A DNA stretch of 63,640 bases, counting the filler, from Phoronis australis (lineage: Eukaryota; Animalia; Phoronida): NCBI GenBank assembly GCA_002633005.1. It is 10 parts of 10 records of this genome, joined end to end, with 100 filler letters (N's around TTAATTAATTAA, not from the genome) between each part and the next. Parts side by side here need not be neighbours in the genome. Positions count along the whole stretch, not along the records: positions 1 to 5,810 come from NMRA01002271.1; positions 5,911 to 12,050 come from NMRA01000571.1; 8 more parts are not named here. The stretch is one strand, 5' to 3'. The notes under the pieces were generated by a model, which worked only from the letters and a program-made list of their open reading frames with translations, did no database searches and was not told the origin of the DNA. Both the position numbers and the translations under genes were made by a program. Shown here one piece after another: positions 1 to 11,305 of the stretch. Positions within the stretch are counted from its first letter, which is position 1; every line of letters starts with the position of its first letter.

Positions 1-72
1 GAGGTTTTTACTCAGACTGTATTACACTTAGTTTCGCCAATTTTCTTCGACTTCGTAGTGCGAGGAGGCCCT

Positions 73-152
73 TGTAGTGACGGCACCATGTAGTGACGGT
101 GCGTTGTGGTGACGGCGCGTTGTGGTGACGGCGCCTTGTGGCGACGGCGCCC
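73..152. repeat. 16-bp GC-rich minisatellite (~5 copies, TGTRGTGACGGCGCNN)
   Basis: Units read directly: tgtagtgacggcacca, tgtagtgacggtgcgt, tgtggtgacggcgcgt, tgtggtgacggcgcct, tgtggcgacggcgccc. Confidence 0.9.
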
Positions 153-793
153 CAACAAATTTATGCATTTCTGCCTTATGACCACCTTTTTAGCCAACGC
201 GGTCCTCGCCTATCTCAAACATCGATCCCCCGCCCCCCTCCTTGTTCGGCGTAGATTAAAACAGAAATTTGCCCGATTTCATGCAGTACATGAACGTAAA
301 ATGCATCGGAACATCAATTTCCAACAGTGTTATTTCAGACTGGCAAAATCATTAGGACAGAATGGAGTAAATTTTCAAAAAATTCACTTTCTGCCGACAA
401 TCCCAGGAACTTACAAGGCCTTCATTAACATCTAAATACAAAACGCGACAAACAGTGCCTCCAAACGTTGGAGATGAATGTAATCAAATTCCATTCCCCT
501 GCAATCAATGCTCACGGGATTTTTCCGCGTTTTATATTTGTTCAGTTGAGTTTGATCGAGTCCTTATCTATATATTATTTTCGTCGTGATCATCCTTCGT
601 GGATTTTCCCTGAACATATCTCATGAGGGATGAAGTACATGACAAAGGTTTTGTATATTTTGTCACGTCAAGCCTGTAATATTGACTTCTGGTGCTTTCC
701 TCACTGCCATGAGCCTGAGTCGTCTTTTACACCAAGCTGATCGACGCCTAACGCGAGATTAGCCTGCCGCCAATTGGAGCGTTTATCTATTAA

Positions 794-2114
794 AGGCGAA
801 GGTAATCTTTTTCATGTCACTTTTAGCAAAAAGAAGGTTCGTTGATTATATCCCAGACACATTTTTTCACTTAATTACAGCTTTTCGTAATTTGATTAAT
901 TTCTCGTCCTCTACTCCGGAAGTGACGTTTTGGGAGGCAAGAGTTTCGCGCCAATTTCTTTTCATTATAGTCTGACTGTGAAAGCTGTCGAGTGAGCCAT
1001 TGTTCTACCTCGTTTGTGATACGTTCGGTCGTCGTTTGCTTTTGTTTACAAGTCAGTCAACATGCCACGCTGTTGCTGCGTGCCGGGATGTACTCATTAT
1101 CGTCTCACACGCGCTTTGGGTACCTTGCGTCGCTTTCCGAAGGATGACACACTTCGCCGTACTTTGGCTAGCTCGTTCATGTGAAGAACGCAGCGCTAAC
1201 CGTCCACGCAACGTACAAAGCAATGGAGGGTTACCGAGTGTGTGGCAAGCATTTTCTGCCGTCAGATTATGACAGATACGCTGAATTGATGAAGGTCCCT
1301 GCGAAACAACGCCTGAAGAAGGGTACCATACCGTCGCTGTTGCAGTGCCCCGTCGCCAACCCCGAGAAGTGCGTTTTTGAAGCGAGAAGCCTCGCGAGCT
1401 GTGGCCACTATATACAGTGACTGGAGGCACTCCATCTACTGTCACCCGTGCCTCCGATCGTACCCCATTGCGTGCAATTCCGGGAACTAGCAGTGATTCG
1501 CCCTGTGCTGTTGTCTCTAGCCCAGAGCCTGTAAGCAGCCCTGCAGCGATGTTGAGCAGTGGTAGTGAATACAGTCCCAGTTCGACACCCTGTGAAGAGG
1601 ACAGTTCGTCATCCAATGAACAGATCGGTGAGCCTAAGTTTGATAAGTTTATTGTGGACTTGTATTGGAGCTATTTGGAAGGTGCCAGGTGTGTGGCGAG
1701 GGAGTCATACGGCGGGATGTAAGCAGTTTGGGTTCTCAGATCACCCTCCAGTGGGAGTGTGTCGCGGGACACTCGAGCAAGTGGGACAGTTCTTCCTCTG
1801 TACGTGAGACGATAATGAGTACACCCCAGAACGCAGCAACAGTGTGGCATGTTGAGTGACTCGTAAGCAAAAGCATACGACGACCGAACTTATCACAACC
1901 GAGGTAGAACAATGACTGACTCGACTGCTCTCACAGTCAGACTATATGAAAAGAAATTGGCGCGAAATTCTTGCCTCCCAAAACGTCACTTCTTGAGTAG
2001 ACGACGAGTAATTAATTAAATTACGAAAAGCAGTAAATAAGTAAAAAATATGTTTGGGATAATCTACGAACCTTATTTTTGCTAAAACTGACATGAAAAA
2101 AGTTGCCTTCGCCT
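794..2114 (+). mobile_element. Non-autonomous Kolobok-like DNA transposon with ~315-bp inverted arms and a frameshifted THAP/zinc-finger transposase 5' remnant
   Basis: Termini TTAA|AGGCGAAGG (790-793|794) and CCTTCGCCT|TTAA (2114|2115-2118) fit Kolobok (TTAA TSD, RR..YY ends). Arms 794-~1108 and ~1800-2114 are reverse complements. THAP starts at ATG 1062 (MPRCCCVPGC...FPKD...W...RVCGKHF...LKKGTIPSL) across frameshifts. A Kolobok-type LFGRCQVCG...WECVAGH..KWDSS motif lies at 1665-1795. No DDE domain. Confidence 0.82.
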
Positions 2115-2219
2115 TTAAGGCTATTAAAAGCAAATGGAATGCCGAGTTCAACAAATCTTGTCTCAAGGAACATTTGCTGCTGAGATACGCTAAGTGTGAC
2201 TGTAAATTGATAAACCTAC

Positions 2220-2398
2220 TCCTTGTAATTCTGCAACTCGTAGGTTATAGCGCTTGTAACGTCGTCGTCGTCGGTGGCGGATACCACTCCCAGAAGTCCC
2301 AAGGTCCTGTGTAACGTCATGCGGTACAAAGGTTTGGAGAACACAGGGTCGTTGTCGTTCACATTCAGAACAGTGACGACAACGTTCGTAGAATCCAT
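2220..2398 (-). CDS. Internal exon of a cadherin-repeat protein
   Basis: VVVTVLNVNDNDPVF..PLY, VSATDDD and ITYEL are extracellular cadherin motifs. Acceptor tttcag precedes 2398 and donor gtaggt follows 2220. Confidence 0.85.
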
Positions 2399-3164
2399 CT
2401 GAAAGTGTTATAGCTTGCGTCGTGAACAGGACGTCGACAGAGATCTATGTATACAATGTATATGTAATTCAATAACTGATATCTCAAAAACGCCCGCAAT
2501 TAAGGTGACAGTTAGATTTTTTGCTGAGGATATTCACCTATTTCACGAAAGCGCCATCTTCCCGCGCCATCTTTAAATACTGATCGAAAACGAGGCACAT
2601 TGATAAAACCTCGTGAGTGATCATCAGCTGGCCATGATGGTGTACTGTGCAGTGCCTGAACGTACCAATTCCAGTAATAACTCGTCGGTATCCTTCCCAG
2701 GGATATACTTAGCCACTCGCCCAGCCGCTAATGCGAGTAAAAATGGTGCTGGGCGAGTAGAAGTTGACTTGCCGGTCGCCCATGTGGCGAGCGAATTTCA
2801 GAGCGCAAAAGCACTGTATATCGTTTCCCAGATGAATATGAATAATTTTCCTTCTCCTTGTGCTGCTTTTATCATGAATTTAAGGTTCAGTTTGGTCATC
2901 GTGTCGATGCTCGGCAGTAAAAAACATCGGCGCAGTGCGACCCTACCGATTCAGTACATGTCACCCCGGCGTTACGCGATTCGTCAAAAAAACACAGTGT
3001 GTGGTCGTGCACACACAATTTGTGGACTAGTCCGAAACGAAGAAAAGGGGAGAAAAGTGGAAGGCCGGTCCATGTGCTCATAGCAAATGAAATACTATAT
3101 TTCTTGGAACTGATTTCTTATTGTAATGTACAATGTCATTTTAGGCGGCAAAATTATTTTTATA

Positions 3165-4862
3165 ACATACGTCCTAATAAGCGCCCATGTCCCTACAAGC
3201 GTCCCCAATCGTTTTCAGACTTAGCTAAAACAAGCGCCCAGTCCATGAATGTGTATATATTTGTGCGAAAAAATGCCTTACCTCACAGTTCTAAAATTCT
3301 ACAGTAATGTATTCAATTTATCAATAATATCCGACAGTCCTGAAAAAACCATTGTGCGCGGAATTTCTAGTAGACCACGAGCCTCGCCGCTATGTCGGTA
3401 TTTAGCCGTGGCTGTACACTTCAAACCGTTCCGCAGTGCTTCAAAAAGAACGCAAAAGATTTGCTGATCTTGCGAGGAAAGTGTCACACTATATGGTCTG
3501 GCCCTTCAGAACAGACGCAGCGTACTGGTAACGGGATTGGCCGTATTGTATCTTTCCCGTACAGATCTTCTCCCACAACAGGAATCCAGGGCCCGGTCTC
3601 TAATCTTTGTACTCGAAACGAACTCGAAACTATTTTTGGCAATTTCTCTGCTCCTTTTGTGCGAACTTAAGATAATTGGTTATCAGACTGTGCTCGAATA
3701 CATTATAGTTTATGCATAGGAGTTTCTAGTTCAAGTTTGCCCTTGAAGACCCTTATATTCGTGCTACAAACTCGAGTAAAAACTCGAANTTTGTACTCGA
3801 AACGAACTCGAAACTATTTTTGGCAATTTTTCTGCTCCTTTTGTGCGAACTTAAGATAATTGGTTATCAGACTGTGCTCGAATACATTATAGTTTATGCA
3901 TAGGAGTTTCTAGTTCAAGTTTGCCCTTGAAGACCCTTATATTCGTGCTACAAACTCGAACAAAAACTCGAACTTTCGAGTTCAAACTCGAACTTATTGC
4001 TTTAATATTGGGTTTACAAACTGTGAACTAAGGGCAATAAATTATCTACGTAAGTTATTGTGTACTCGAGCACAGAATAATAGACACTTATCTTGATTTC
4101 GCCCAAAAGTAGAGTAGAAAATGCCAAACCTAATTTCGAGTTCCATTTCGAGTAAAAAGATTGGAGACCGGGCCCAGATTGCTTTGTACACGTCAAATTA
4201 TAAAAACCGCGAATCGAAATTTGGCCAAGAAGTGCGCTAGGGCCTACTTATAATATGTGGGCCTGCTCAATGAGATAAATATAACTACATATACAGCTCA
4301 TTGGGCCAGTTACCCTGGGAAATGAACACCGATGACACGCACGCGCTCGCTCACTCGGTGCACACCTGTTGACTCACTTCAATACAAACGTCACGTAACA
4401 ACATATGTGTTCGTCCAGATTTTTCTCGTTGCGGGGTGCGATCTAGCGCAGATTTTTACTTTATCTGCTTTTAATCCCGACTCCGAGTCCACCGGAACTT
4501 AGAATCTTAGGAAAGGTATTTGGAAAACTTAAGGAGGATTTCAGGTAATTTGAGTCGAAACTATTTTTACTCAAGAATTCAAGTTGTCCTATCAACGATT
4601 GCGAAGCAGAGACGCATCACTGAGTCGGCAAGTTTTCGCCCTGGGATTTCAGCACATTTTTAAAAAGATCGTAATTTAACAACAGAGTTTGATAGCAATG
4701 CACCACAGTTTTGTAGACAGTCTGTCATAGGTTACACATACGTCACAGCGCGTAAATTTGATGAATCCTAGCTTCCGAGATTTCACCCGTTTCGGAGACC
4801 GGGTTTTAACCGCCGTAGGCTACAAAAAGCGTCCCCCTGGGCGCTTATTAGGGCTAATGCGG
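3165..4862. mobile_element. Tc1/mariner(pogo)-type MITE
   Basis: Ends ..CGTCCTAATAAGCGCCC and GGGCGCTTATTAGGGCTAATGCGG|TA. The left ~300 bp is reverse-homologous to 30333-30603 and 43222-43379. Confidence 0.65.
3590..4174. mobile_element. PIF/Harbinger-type fold-back MITE
   Basis: CAG|GGCCCGGTCTC ... GAGACCGGGCC|CAG: 3-bp CAG TSD and long imperfect inverted arms. A second copy lies at ~20138-20536. Contains an assembly duplication around the N at 3789. Confidence 0.8.
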
Positions 4863-5810
4863 TAGCCCTAATAGATGGTGATATCAGTGCACGAAACGAT
4901 GATTTTTATATAAACTAGCAGCAAGTTTGTGGTGACTGGCTCCAACGGCCGGGTGACTGAACTTCGGGCTGGGCGAGTAGATTTTCTGGCTCGGCACTCG
5001 CCCAGCTGGCGAGCAGGGTTTTTCAAGACTAAAAGCCTGCATGGGTATATCCCTGACTTCCACACTTTTCCAAAAGAGGGAAAACTACGAAGGAATGGCT
5101 GAGGAGGGTAAAAGTCTAGTTGCCGTGCGTATTGGTATGTTTTTTGGAGATCGATTCTATATCAGACAACTTGATTTTTGGTAACGTTGATAAGTCTTTT
5201 GACCACACCACCTTGCAGGACGATGCCATGTTTGTCAGCGCCTCGTTTTCGATCAACACGACAGCAGCGCCCCGCGTTCGTGAAATAGGTGAATAGACAT
5301 TAAGTAAAGATTTGTGGTTGGATTTGTAACAAAATAGGTTAGTGTGATTTGTACAACGTTATTTATATTGTCTGTGTATTGCAGGTTCGTGGGGCATAAA
5401 TTAGCCAAAGCAAAATATGTCCTCTTCGGTTACATTAGTGCTCAAAATCTTGTAAGATTACTCCCGTGCAAGTATTTGTATTTCAGTGTTGCAGAAAATG
5501 TGTGGAAACTGATAAAATCATACGGAACAGACGGTTAAGTTTAAAAACAACACGGCGGAGCAGTGAGATTTTCATCAATAATTTCACTAAAAATAAACCG
5601 AAAGAAAAAATGACTTCATCATTTGCACAGTTTACGTTGTACTCAAGTCACCAACAAACATACGGTGAAATTTTGCGCATTCTCAACGACGCAGTGACTT
5701 TAAAAATGGAAAAATCGCAAATTGGTTAAACTTTTCACTCGGGGAAATTTTTCTCGGGGTTACATGGCAGTAGTCCGAAGGTGCGTGCACTAGTCCGAAG
5801 GTGCACTAGT

Positions 5811-5910
5811 NNNNNNNNNNNNNNNNNNNNNNNNNNNNNNNNNNNNNNNNNNNNTTAATTAATTAANNNNNNNNNNNNNNNNNNNNNNNNNNNNNNNNNN
5901 NNNNNNNNNN
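5811..5910. other. Artificial contig linker (N44-TTAATTAATTAA-N44), first of nine
   Basis: The identical 100-nt spacer recurs at 12051-12150, 22676-22775, 30233-30332, 43756-43855, 46967-47066, 49719-49818, 59602-59701 and 62375-62474. TTAATTAATTAA gives stops in all six frames. Confidence 0.97.
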
Positions 5911-6062
5911 AAAAATGTACGTGTAACCCTCTTGTATTCTTTCATTTCTTTTACATTATCATGTTAATTTAAACACTCTGAAGAAATTTTAAATGGAAAT
6001 AAATGCTTAAGATTAAACGAGTAAGAATTGATATTTGTAATGACTGGTTTTGAGAGAAGCAA

Positions 6063-8622
6063 GTGCATTTTAAAAAGACAAAATGGCGGACAATGTCGAT
6101 GGGCCTTCATGTTCCTTTAGAGTTTATTCTGCAAAAAATCCGATCACAAAAGCTTTGTGCTTTAGTGAGTTATGTCAAAGACACCACTGAACATTTGAGA
6201 TACAGGAAACTATCTCACAAAGCAAGGCCTGTGCCAGAGTACGCACTCGTACTACCCAGAGTCGGTGAATTTCTGACTGAACAGGACCAGTCATGGAATA
6301 GTCAGGTAATGCTGGATGTTACCACTCTGCTCCTCTCCTCCTGAACGTAGCAGCCTTGTCAAATTATACCGGCATTTCTGTTTCGAGATATGACTTTAGT
6401 GAAAGTCAGAATGGAAAGGATCTCTGTGATCGCAAGATCGCTCCACTCAAACAACATGCGAAGTACTTTGTAGCCGAAGGCAACATATATCATAAAGTTT
6501 CTGGATTTGAAAGAACCATTACTTTCCAGTGGCCGTGTGAAGGAATGTTATGTGTATGCATGTTCCGTCAATGCAACAAAGTCTCTTCCAAAATACTCAG
6601 TTCCTGGTATAAGCACATTCCCAAATTCCCACTATTCCACCCAAGGAATTCGCGTGTGGAAATCATTCCATGTAGGTGACGGTAAGTTCGTACAAATACT
6701 GGGAAAATGGGAAACCTATTTCTCTAAAATACACTAATATCTCTAGACATGGCGGATTTTCAACACCAAGAGTTAAGGTTGGCACTGTATCTAGTGAAAA
6801 GCCTCAACAAAGTTCCCTTGTACCCAGCAAAGTTACTCGAAATTTTTGCTACAGACGCAGAACTAGGTCAGTATTTGGATGTGGGTAACCACACTGAACA
6901 TTTACAGAGGGAAACCACGTATGACCACATCGCACGACAGTGGTCAGAAATGTTTTCAGATGCAAGAACCGGAGCGTCATCAGAGTACTATTTGGATGAG
7001 ACGAATCCTGAAGCAATAGGTTAGGCATTGAAAAAAGGTAAAGTGTCAACAAGATTTTCAGCAAAGGTTAAGAACTTTCTGACGAACATATTCGATGAAG
7101 GAGATAAGTCAGGTAAAAACGTTCACCCTCGGAAGTGCCAAAATGGAGAAAACATTACGAGAACCCACTGGTAAAGTGTTTACCTGTGATATTAAGTGAA
7201 TCGCATATTGGTGGATTTTTTTTCGAGGTTGTCTTCAGCAATGTTTATGACGATGAAGATGCTGTGATATCGTCAGATTTACTGAAAGAAGTGGTAAATG
7301 AGCTCAACGTTTAGCCTAGTTTTGTAGCATACCAGTCAAAGATGTGTGATATATGAAGTCGAGACCGTTACTTCTGTTTACTTCATGTCTGTCATGAATG
7401 AGTTATTAATAAAATTGTCTCTCGTGAATTATTTTCTATTGACTGTGAATGTGTACCTTTTTATACCAGTGATCCACACTGACAGAAATATTCAGCGTTA
7501 GGGTGCCCGGTGTGTGGGGGGAACACCAAATTTCAGGCGACTGGTGGCGACTAAAATTTGTAGAAACCAGCAGAGACATTACAATATGAACCCAAAGTTA
7601 CAATGACTATTGACAAGTTGAAGGATTTTTTGCACTGAACACCGTAGGGGGCCATATCCACCTTGGGTGCCTTCCTTTGCCTGTGGCACGAACAAGGCAC
7701 ATAGAAAACAAGGCAGGGGTGAGTTCAGTAACACTAGAACCTCTCTAAAATTTATCCAAAACCACGTGTTCTCATTTAAAATGCAGGGCAATATCTCGCG
7801 AAGTCTTGAATTATAGCAAGGTCCTCGTGTTACTGCTCTTATTCTAGATGCGTCTTCAGTCTCTACGTAAACAAAAGCAGCGCCATCTATCATTTAGAAC
7901 CACGCATGCCAGTTGATTTATGTTACATATTTTTTGTAATAAGCAATAATCATCAATGCCGTTTTCAAAGAATGGTAATTAATAATACTGTCTGCCTTTT
8001 CTCCAAAATACAAGGTTTTTATGTCGTGTTTCGCATGCTAATTATATGTTCCAAGAGCCCCTTATTGGCAGCAGAGGCAACTGAGAACATGCAAAAGGAC
8101 GAAGTGCAGTTTGTGTAATGCTTCGTACGCAAAAACTACATTAGAGGCAAGATTTTTATTATAGATTATGAACAGGTTAGGAATGACTAAACAAATTATT
8201 ACAAAGTCAATTTCAGGAAAGGTGCGTTATGGCTGCTACAGAGTGCCAAATTTGGCCGAACATGGCTTCAGTGAAAACCTGAAAAATAGCCGTTTTTGCC
8301 TCACAAATTCAAAACGTACAAATTTAAAAATGGATTTTGAAAGTTATGTCATTAACTTATTCAGCCACTGCGCTTTCAGTTCGTATTATTCATTTGTTTT
8401 GACCTTACCACACATGCTAGTAAAATGCATTTAAACATGCCTACTTCGACGCCCAATTTTGCAAAATGGAGGTACAGGTCATAAAAAGAAAAATAATGAA
8501 TGAAAATTCTTAGAAAGTCAGGTTTTTCTACATCTCAACAAACCAAACTGATGTGCTAGGTTTCAAAAAATCGGTGATTTTGGGTATAAACTCTACCTGT
8601 TGGTTTTTATATGGAGTCACTC
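6063..8622 (+). mobile_element. Sola3-like DNA transposon, 3' half, with degraded transposase (~6063-7310)
   Basis: Frameshifted motifs SGNAGCYHS (from SDNAGCYH), RYDFSESQNGKDLCDRKIAPLK and G*ALKK..RFSAKVKNFLTNIFDEGDKSGK. The element ends GGAGTCACTC|TTAA at 8622, matching the Sola3 GAG..CTC/TTAA signature. The left end is outside the contig. Confidence 0.65.
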
Positions 8623-9916
8623 TTAATCCTCTCTTTCTTGTTGACCCGTCTTATGACCTTAAATTTAATGATGAAATCATTCCTAGAAAACAGTCGCACA
8701 GACATCTGGGTATACTGTTAGATGAAAAACTCTCATTCACTCCTCACGTTCAGGAGCTCGTACAAAAAAACCAGGAACTAATTAACCCACTTAAGCTTGT
8801 CTCTAGTCATCTGAATTCTACACATTTAGGAGTTCTGTTCAAATCCTTTATACTTCCACACAACGATTATTGCGATATTATATATCAGTCTGCCAATACG
8901 GGTGCACACCAACATTTGGAGAAGTTACAATATCAAGCTACCTTACTCATAACCGTAGCTTACAGGGGATCCAATAGTGTCAAGGTTTTGAATAGACTCA
9001 AGTGGCCCAAACTGTCTACTCGACGCAATCTTCACATGACCACATTTACTCTCAAGGTAATGAACAATGTCTACAACGTTTCTGTCAAAAAATATTTGAT
9101 CTATACACTAGACAAGGCCGTCGTAGTGATTTGAGATCCTCCACCCCATATGCAATTCCTCCGTCGTTCAGTCAGGCATTCAGAAGGTCTACAGTCATGA
9201 TGTGCATCAACAACTGGAATTCTCTTCCAGTCTCTGTCAAGGAAAGCAACTCTTTTACGAGTATAAAAAATAATTTTAGAACTGTTTTATAATTTTGATA
9301 ACTCAACACCCTTGACTCAATTCTCCCTTCCCCGCGATAACGAAATAGCATTGTACAGATCAAGATGTGGCCTTTTTCTCAACTCTGACAAGTTCAGGCA
9401 CAACTTTAGTAATGTCTCTCCAAACTGTAAATGCGTTGACCATCAATCTTGTCCTCATATTTTCTTCAAATGTCCCCTCATCGAATACCTGAGAGACTCA
9501 CTCTTTCGTGCACTCAATGAAAACCAATCAATTGTTAATGCTTCCAATTCTTGTAATAATATCCCTACTAGAGTTACATTATTATCGAATGGTAGTCCTA
9601 ACCTTGACCTCGTTCTCAACGAATTCCTCCTAAGCAACGTTGGTAAATTTTTATGTACTGTTTATCAATATTGTTGCATCTGATTTCCATACAAGAATCT
9701 CTACATATTTTTGTTTCTATATATTTGTAATAGCATATCTTAATATTGGAATACTTATATTAGATACTACTTAATTGTATATACCTGTATGTATATCAGT
9801 TTCACTTATTAATTGTTTACAACCCAGATATCATGCTTCGCGGTTTCTGGGTTTGTTATTATTTCTTTGTATGTTCTGGGTATTCTTCAATAAATATATA
9901 TCACATTAAAAAAAAT
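8623..9916 (+). mobile_element. 3' end of a CR1/L2-group LINE (ORF2 C-terminus, 3' UTR, poly-A)
   Basis: HRHLGILLDEKLSF..HV, FILPHNDYCDIIY and L.WPKLSTRR; C-terminal CKC...H.FFKCP zinc knuckle (~9426-9478); frameshifts; AATAAA near 9889 followed by an A-run. Confidence 0.88.
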
Positions 9917-10314
9917 TCGGAGCTGACATTTCTGAGGCTAGTTATAGTCTTTTATTCAATCACGATTTAATTTTCTAACCATTTTTGTGTCGAATAATAT
10001 GTAATTGACTCGAACTGTAAATCTAACCGAAGTTTCTATACTGACTACCAAAGCTCAGTCGCGAATACCGGACACTGGTTTCATTTCTTGGAATGTAAAG
10101 TGTGATTGTCAGAAACGATGATATCTAATTTAGTGGTTCTAACCGGATTTTATTTCCAGTAAATGAAAATTGTTTCTGTGTCGCCTGTCAACAATGAGCT
10201 GTGCACGGTTGCGATTCGTCGATTATTTCTTTCCAGTATCCGACTCCAGTCTCTGCACCGGCTGCGGTCGTGACATCAAACTATTTGATATTTTCTACTA
10301 CCGTGCATTAACGT

Positions 10315-10990
10315 TGTCAGAAGTAGACTTACACTAGTTTGAGTTTTAAAACTTCATTTTATTGTTCTGTTAGTGTACTGGTAGATAGCACTTGATTGAC
10401 ATTACCCATGAGGTCAGGACAGTGATGATGTAATTTATTGAAAAATAAAATAGTAGGGAACATTCTAGAAAATTATAGTATTTTATCTATTAATGTAGTC
10501 TGGAAGATTTAGAGCATAGCATGTGCTTGTATAATGAATGGATAGATTCCGGAAAGTTCTAGAATTTGCTTGAATTGTTGAAAAGTTCCCGAACATTGTA
10601 AGAGACTATATCTAGGAACGGATTTGGTGAGTTCAAGCTGGAATTGAAAAACAGCTGAGTTCAGTTAGAGGTGAACAACAGTTCAAGTTAGTTGAAGTTA
10701 CAGTTGAGTTGCAGTGAAGGGCCACCTATAGAGACAGCATGTAATTGAATCAAAGAGTATGACAGATGCTGGAAGTGTCTCATAAGTTCTTCACTAGTTA
10801 TATTAAGGATTCGCAGCACTGGCTGGAGCATAGACCAGGCATTACGTCGGACGTTTTGTTGTACGGTCGAGATTAATAAAGTGATTAAAGGAGAATGCCA
10901 CCCGATTTAATTAGTCTTTTTCACCGTCTTAATCGGTCTATATCCACATCGCCTCTTATACGGTCAACCTCACCTTGCCGAGAGGTGACG
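10315..10990 (+). mobile_element. Solo LTR (related to 13940-14710)
   Basis: Starts TGTCAGAA and ends GTGACG (degenerate TGACA). Long shared blocks with the second copy, e.g. CAGTTGAGTTGCAGTGAAG, TTCGCAGCACTGGCTGGAGCATA, CATTACGTCGGACGTTTTGTT, GATTAATAAAG. Confidence 0.75.
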
Positions 10991-11052
10991 CGTTAATCTG
11001 TGAGGAAGCTGAGAAACGACGCAGCGACGTCAATGCTTCGTCTGCAAAGTGA

Positions 11053-11305
11053 ATGCCGCTGTATTGCAGTGCATCGTTCCCGCTTGTCCGAACTATAAGA
11101 TGCGAAGAAAGCGGGTATGTCGTTTTTTCGACTTTCTCGAGAGTCCGACATGTTTAGGAAGTGGCTCGCGGTAGTGAAGAATGAAAGGTACGCTGTTAAT
11201 AGCAAGTTTGAGGCCGTGAAACATCTCCGCGTCTGTAGCCGGCATTTTGTTGACATTGACTTCTCTAACGAATTCCGGCTTACCAAATAACTGTCCATAC
11301 GTTCC
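11053..11305 (+). pseudogene. Frameshifted THAP domain (transposase 5' remnant)
   Basis: CIVPACPNY ... SFFRL..ESDMFRKWLAVVKN ... HLRVCSRHFVDIDF..FRLTK*: C2CH THAP signature read across frameshifts. Not in the ORF track. Confidence 0.75.

Larger units (their letters stand above)
2698..5055. mobile_element. hAT-like non-autonomous element inserted into the THAP coding remnant
   Basis: 11-bp TIR CAGGGATATAC / GTATATCCCTG. Subterminal CACTCGCCCAGC and GCTGGGCGAGTAG motifs at both ends. Degenerate TSD (ccttcc / acttccac). Confidence 0.7.
2533..5293 (+). mobile_element. Short-TIR non-autonomous DNA transposon carrying a THAP remnant (outer layer of a nest)
   Basis: TIRs TTCACCTATTTCACGAA / TTCGTGAAATAGGTGAA flanked by TA (AT also possible). 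Subterminal inverted motif GATCGAAAACGAGGC / GCCTCGTTTTCGATC. THAP start MMVYCAVPERTNS..VSF (2634-2697) resumes as FHTFPKEGKLR..WLRRVK after 5055. Confidence 0.75.

Noticed and set aside
1053-1616. 187-aa minus-strand ORF (and the similar 29479-29868)
   Set aside because: Antisense shadow of the THAP transposase remnant. The two copies differ by frameshifts.
3608-3971. Near-exact tandem duplications flanking a single N (3789; also 25408, 41551, 45848)
   Set aside because: A duplicate on each side of a 1-N gap is the signature of overlapping contig ends or haplotypes joined by a scaffolder, not a biological duplication.
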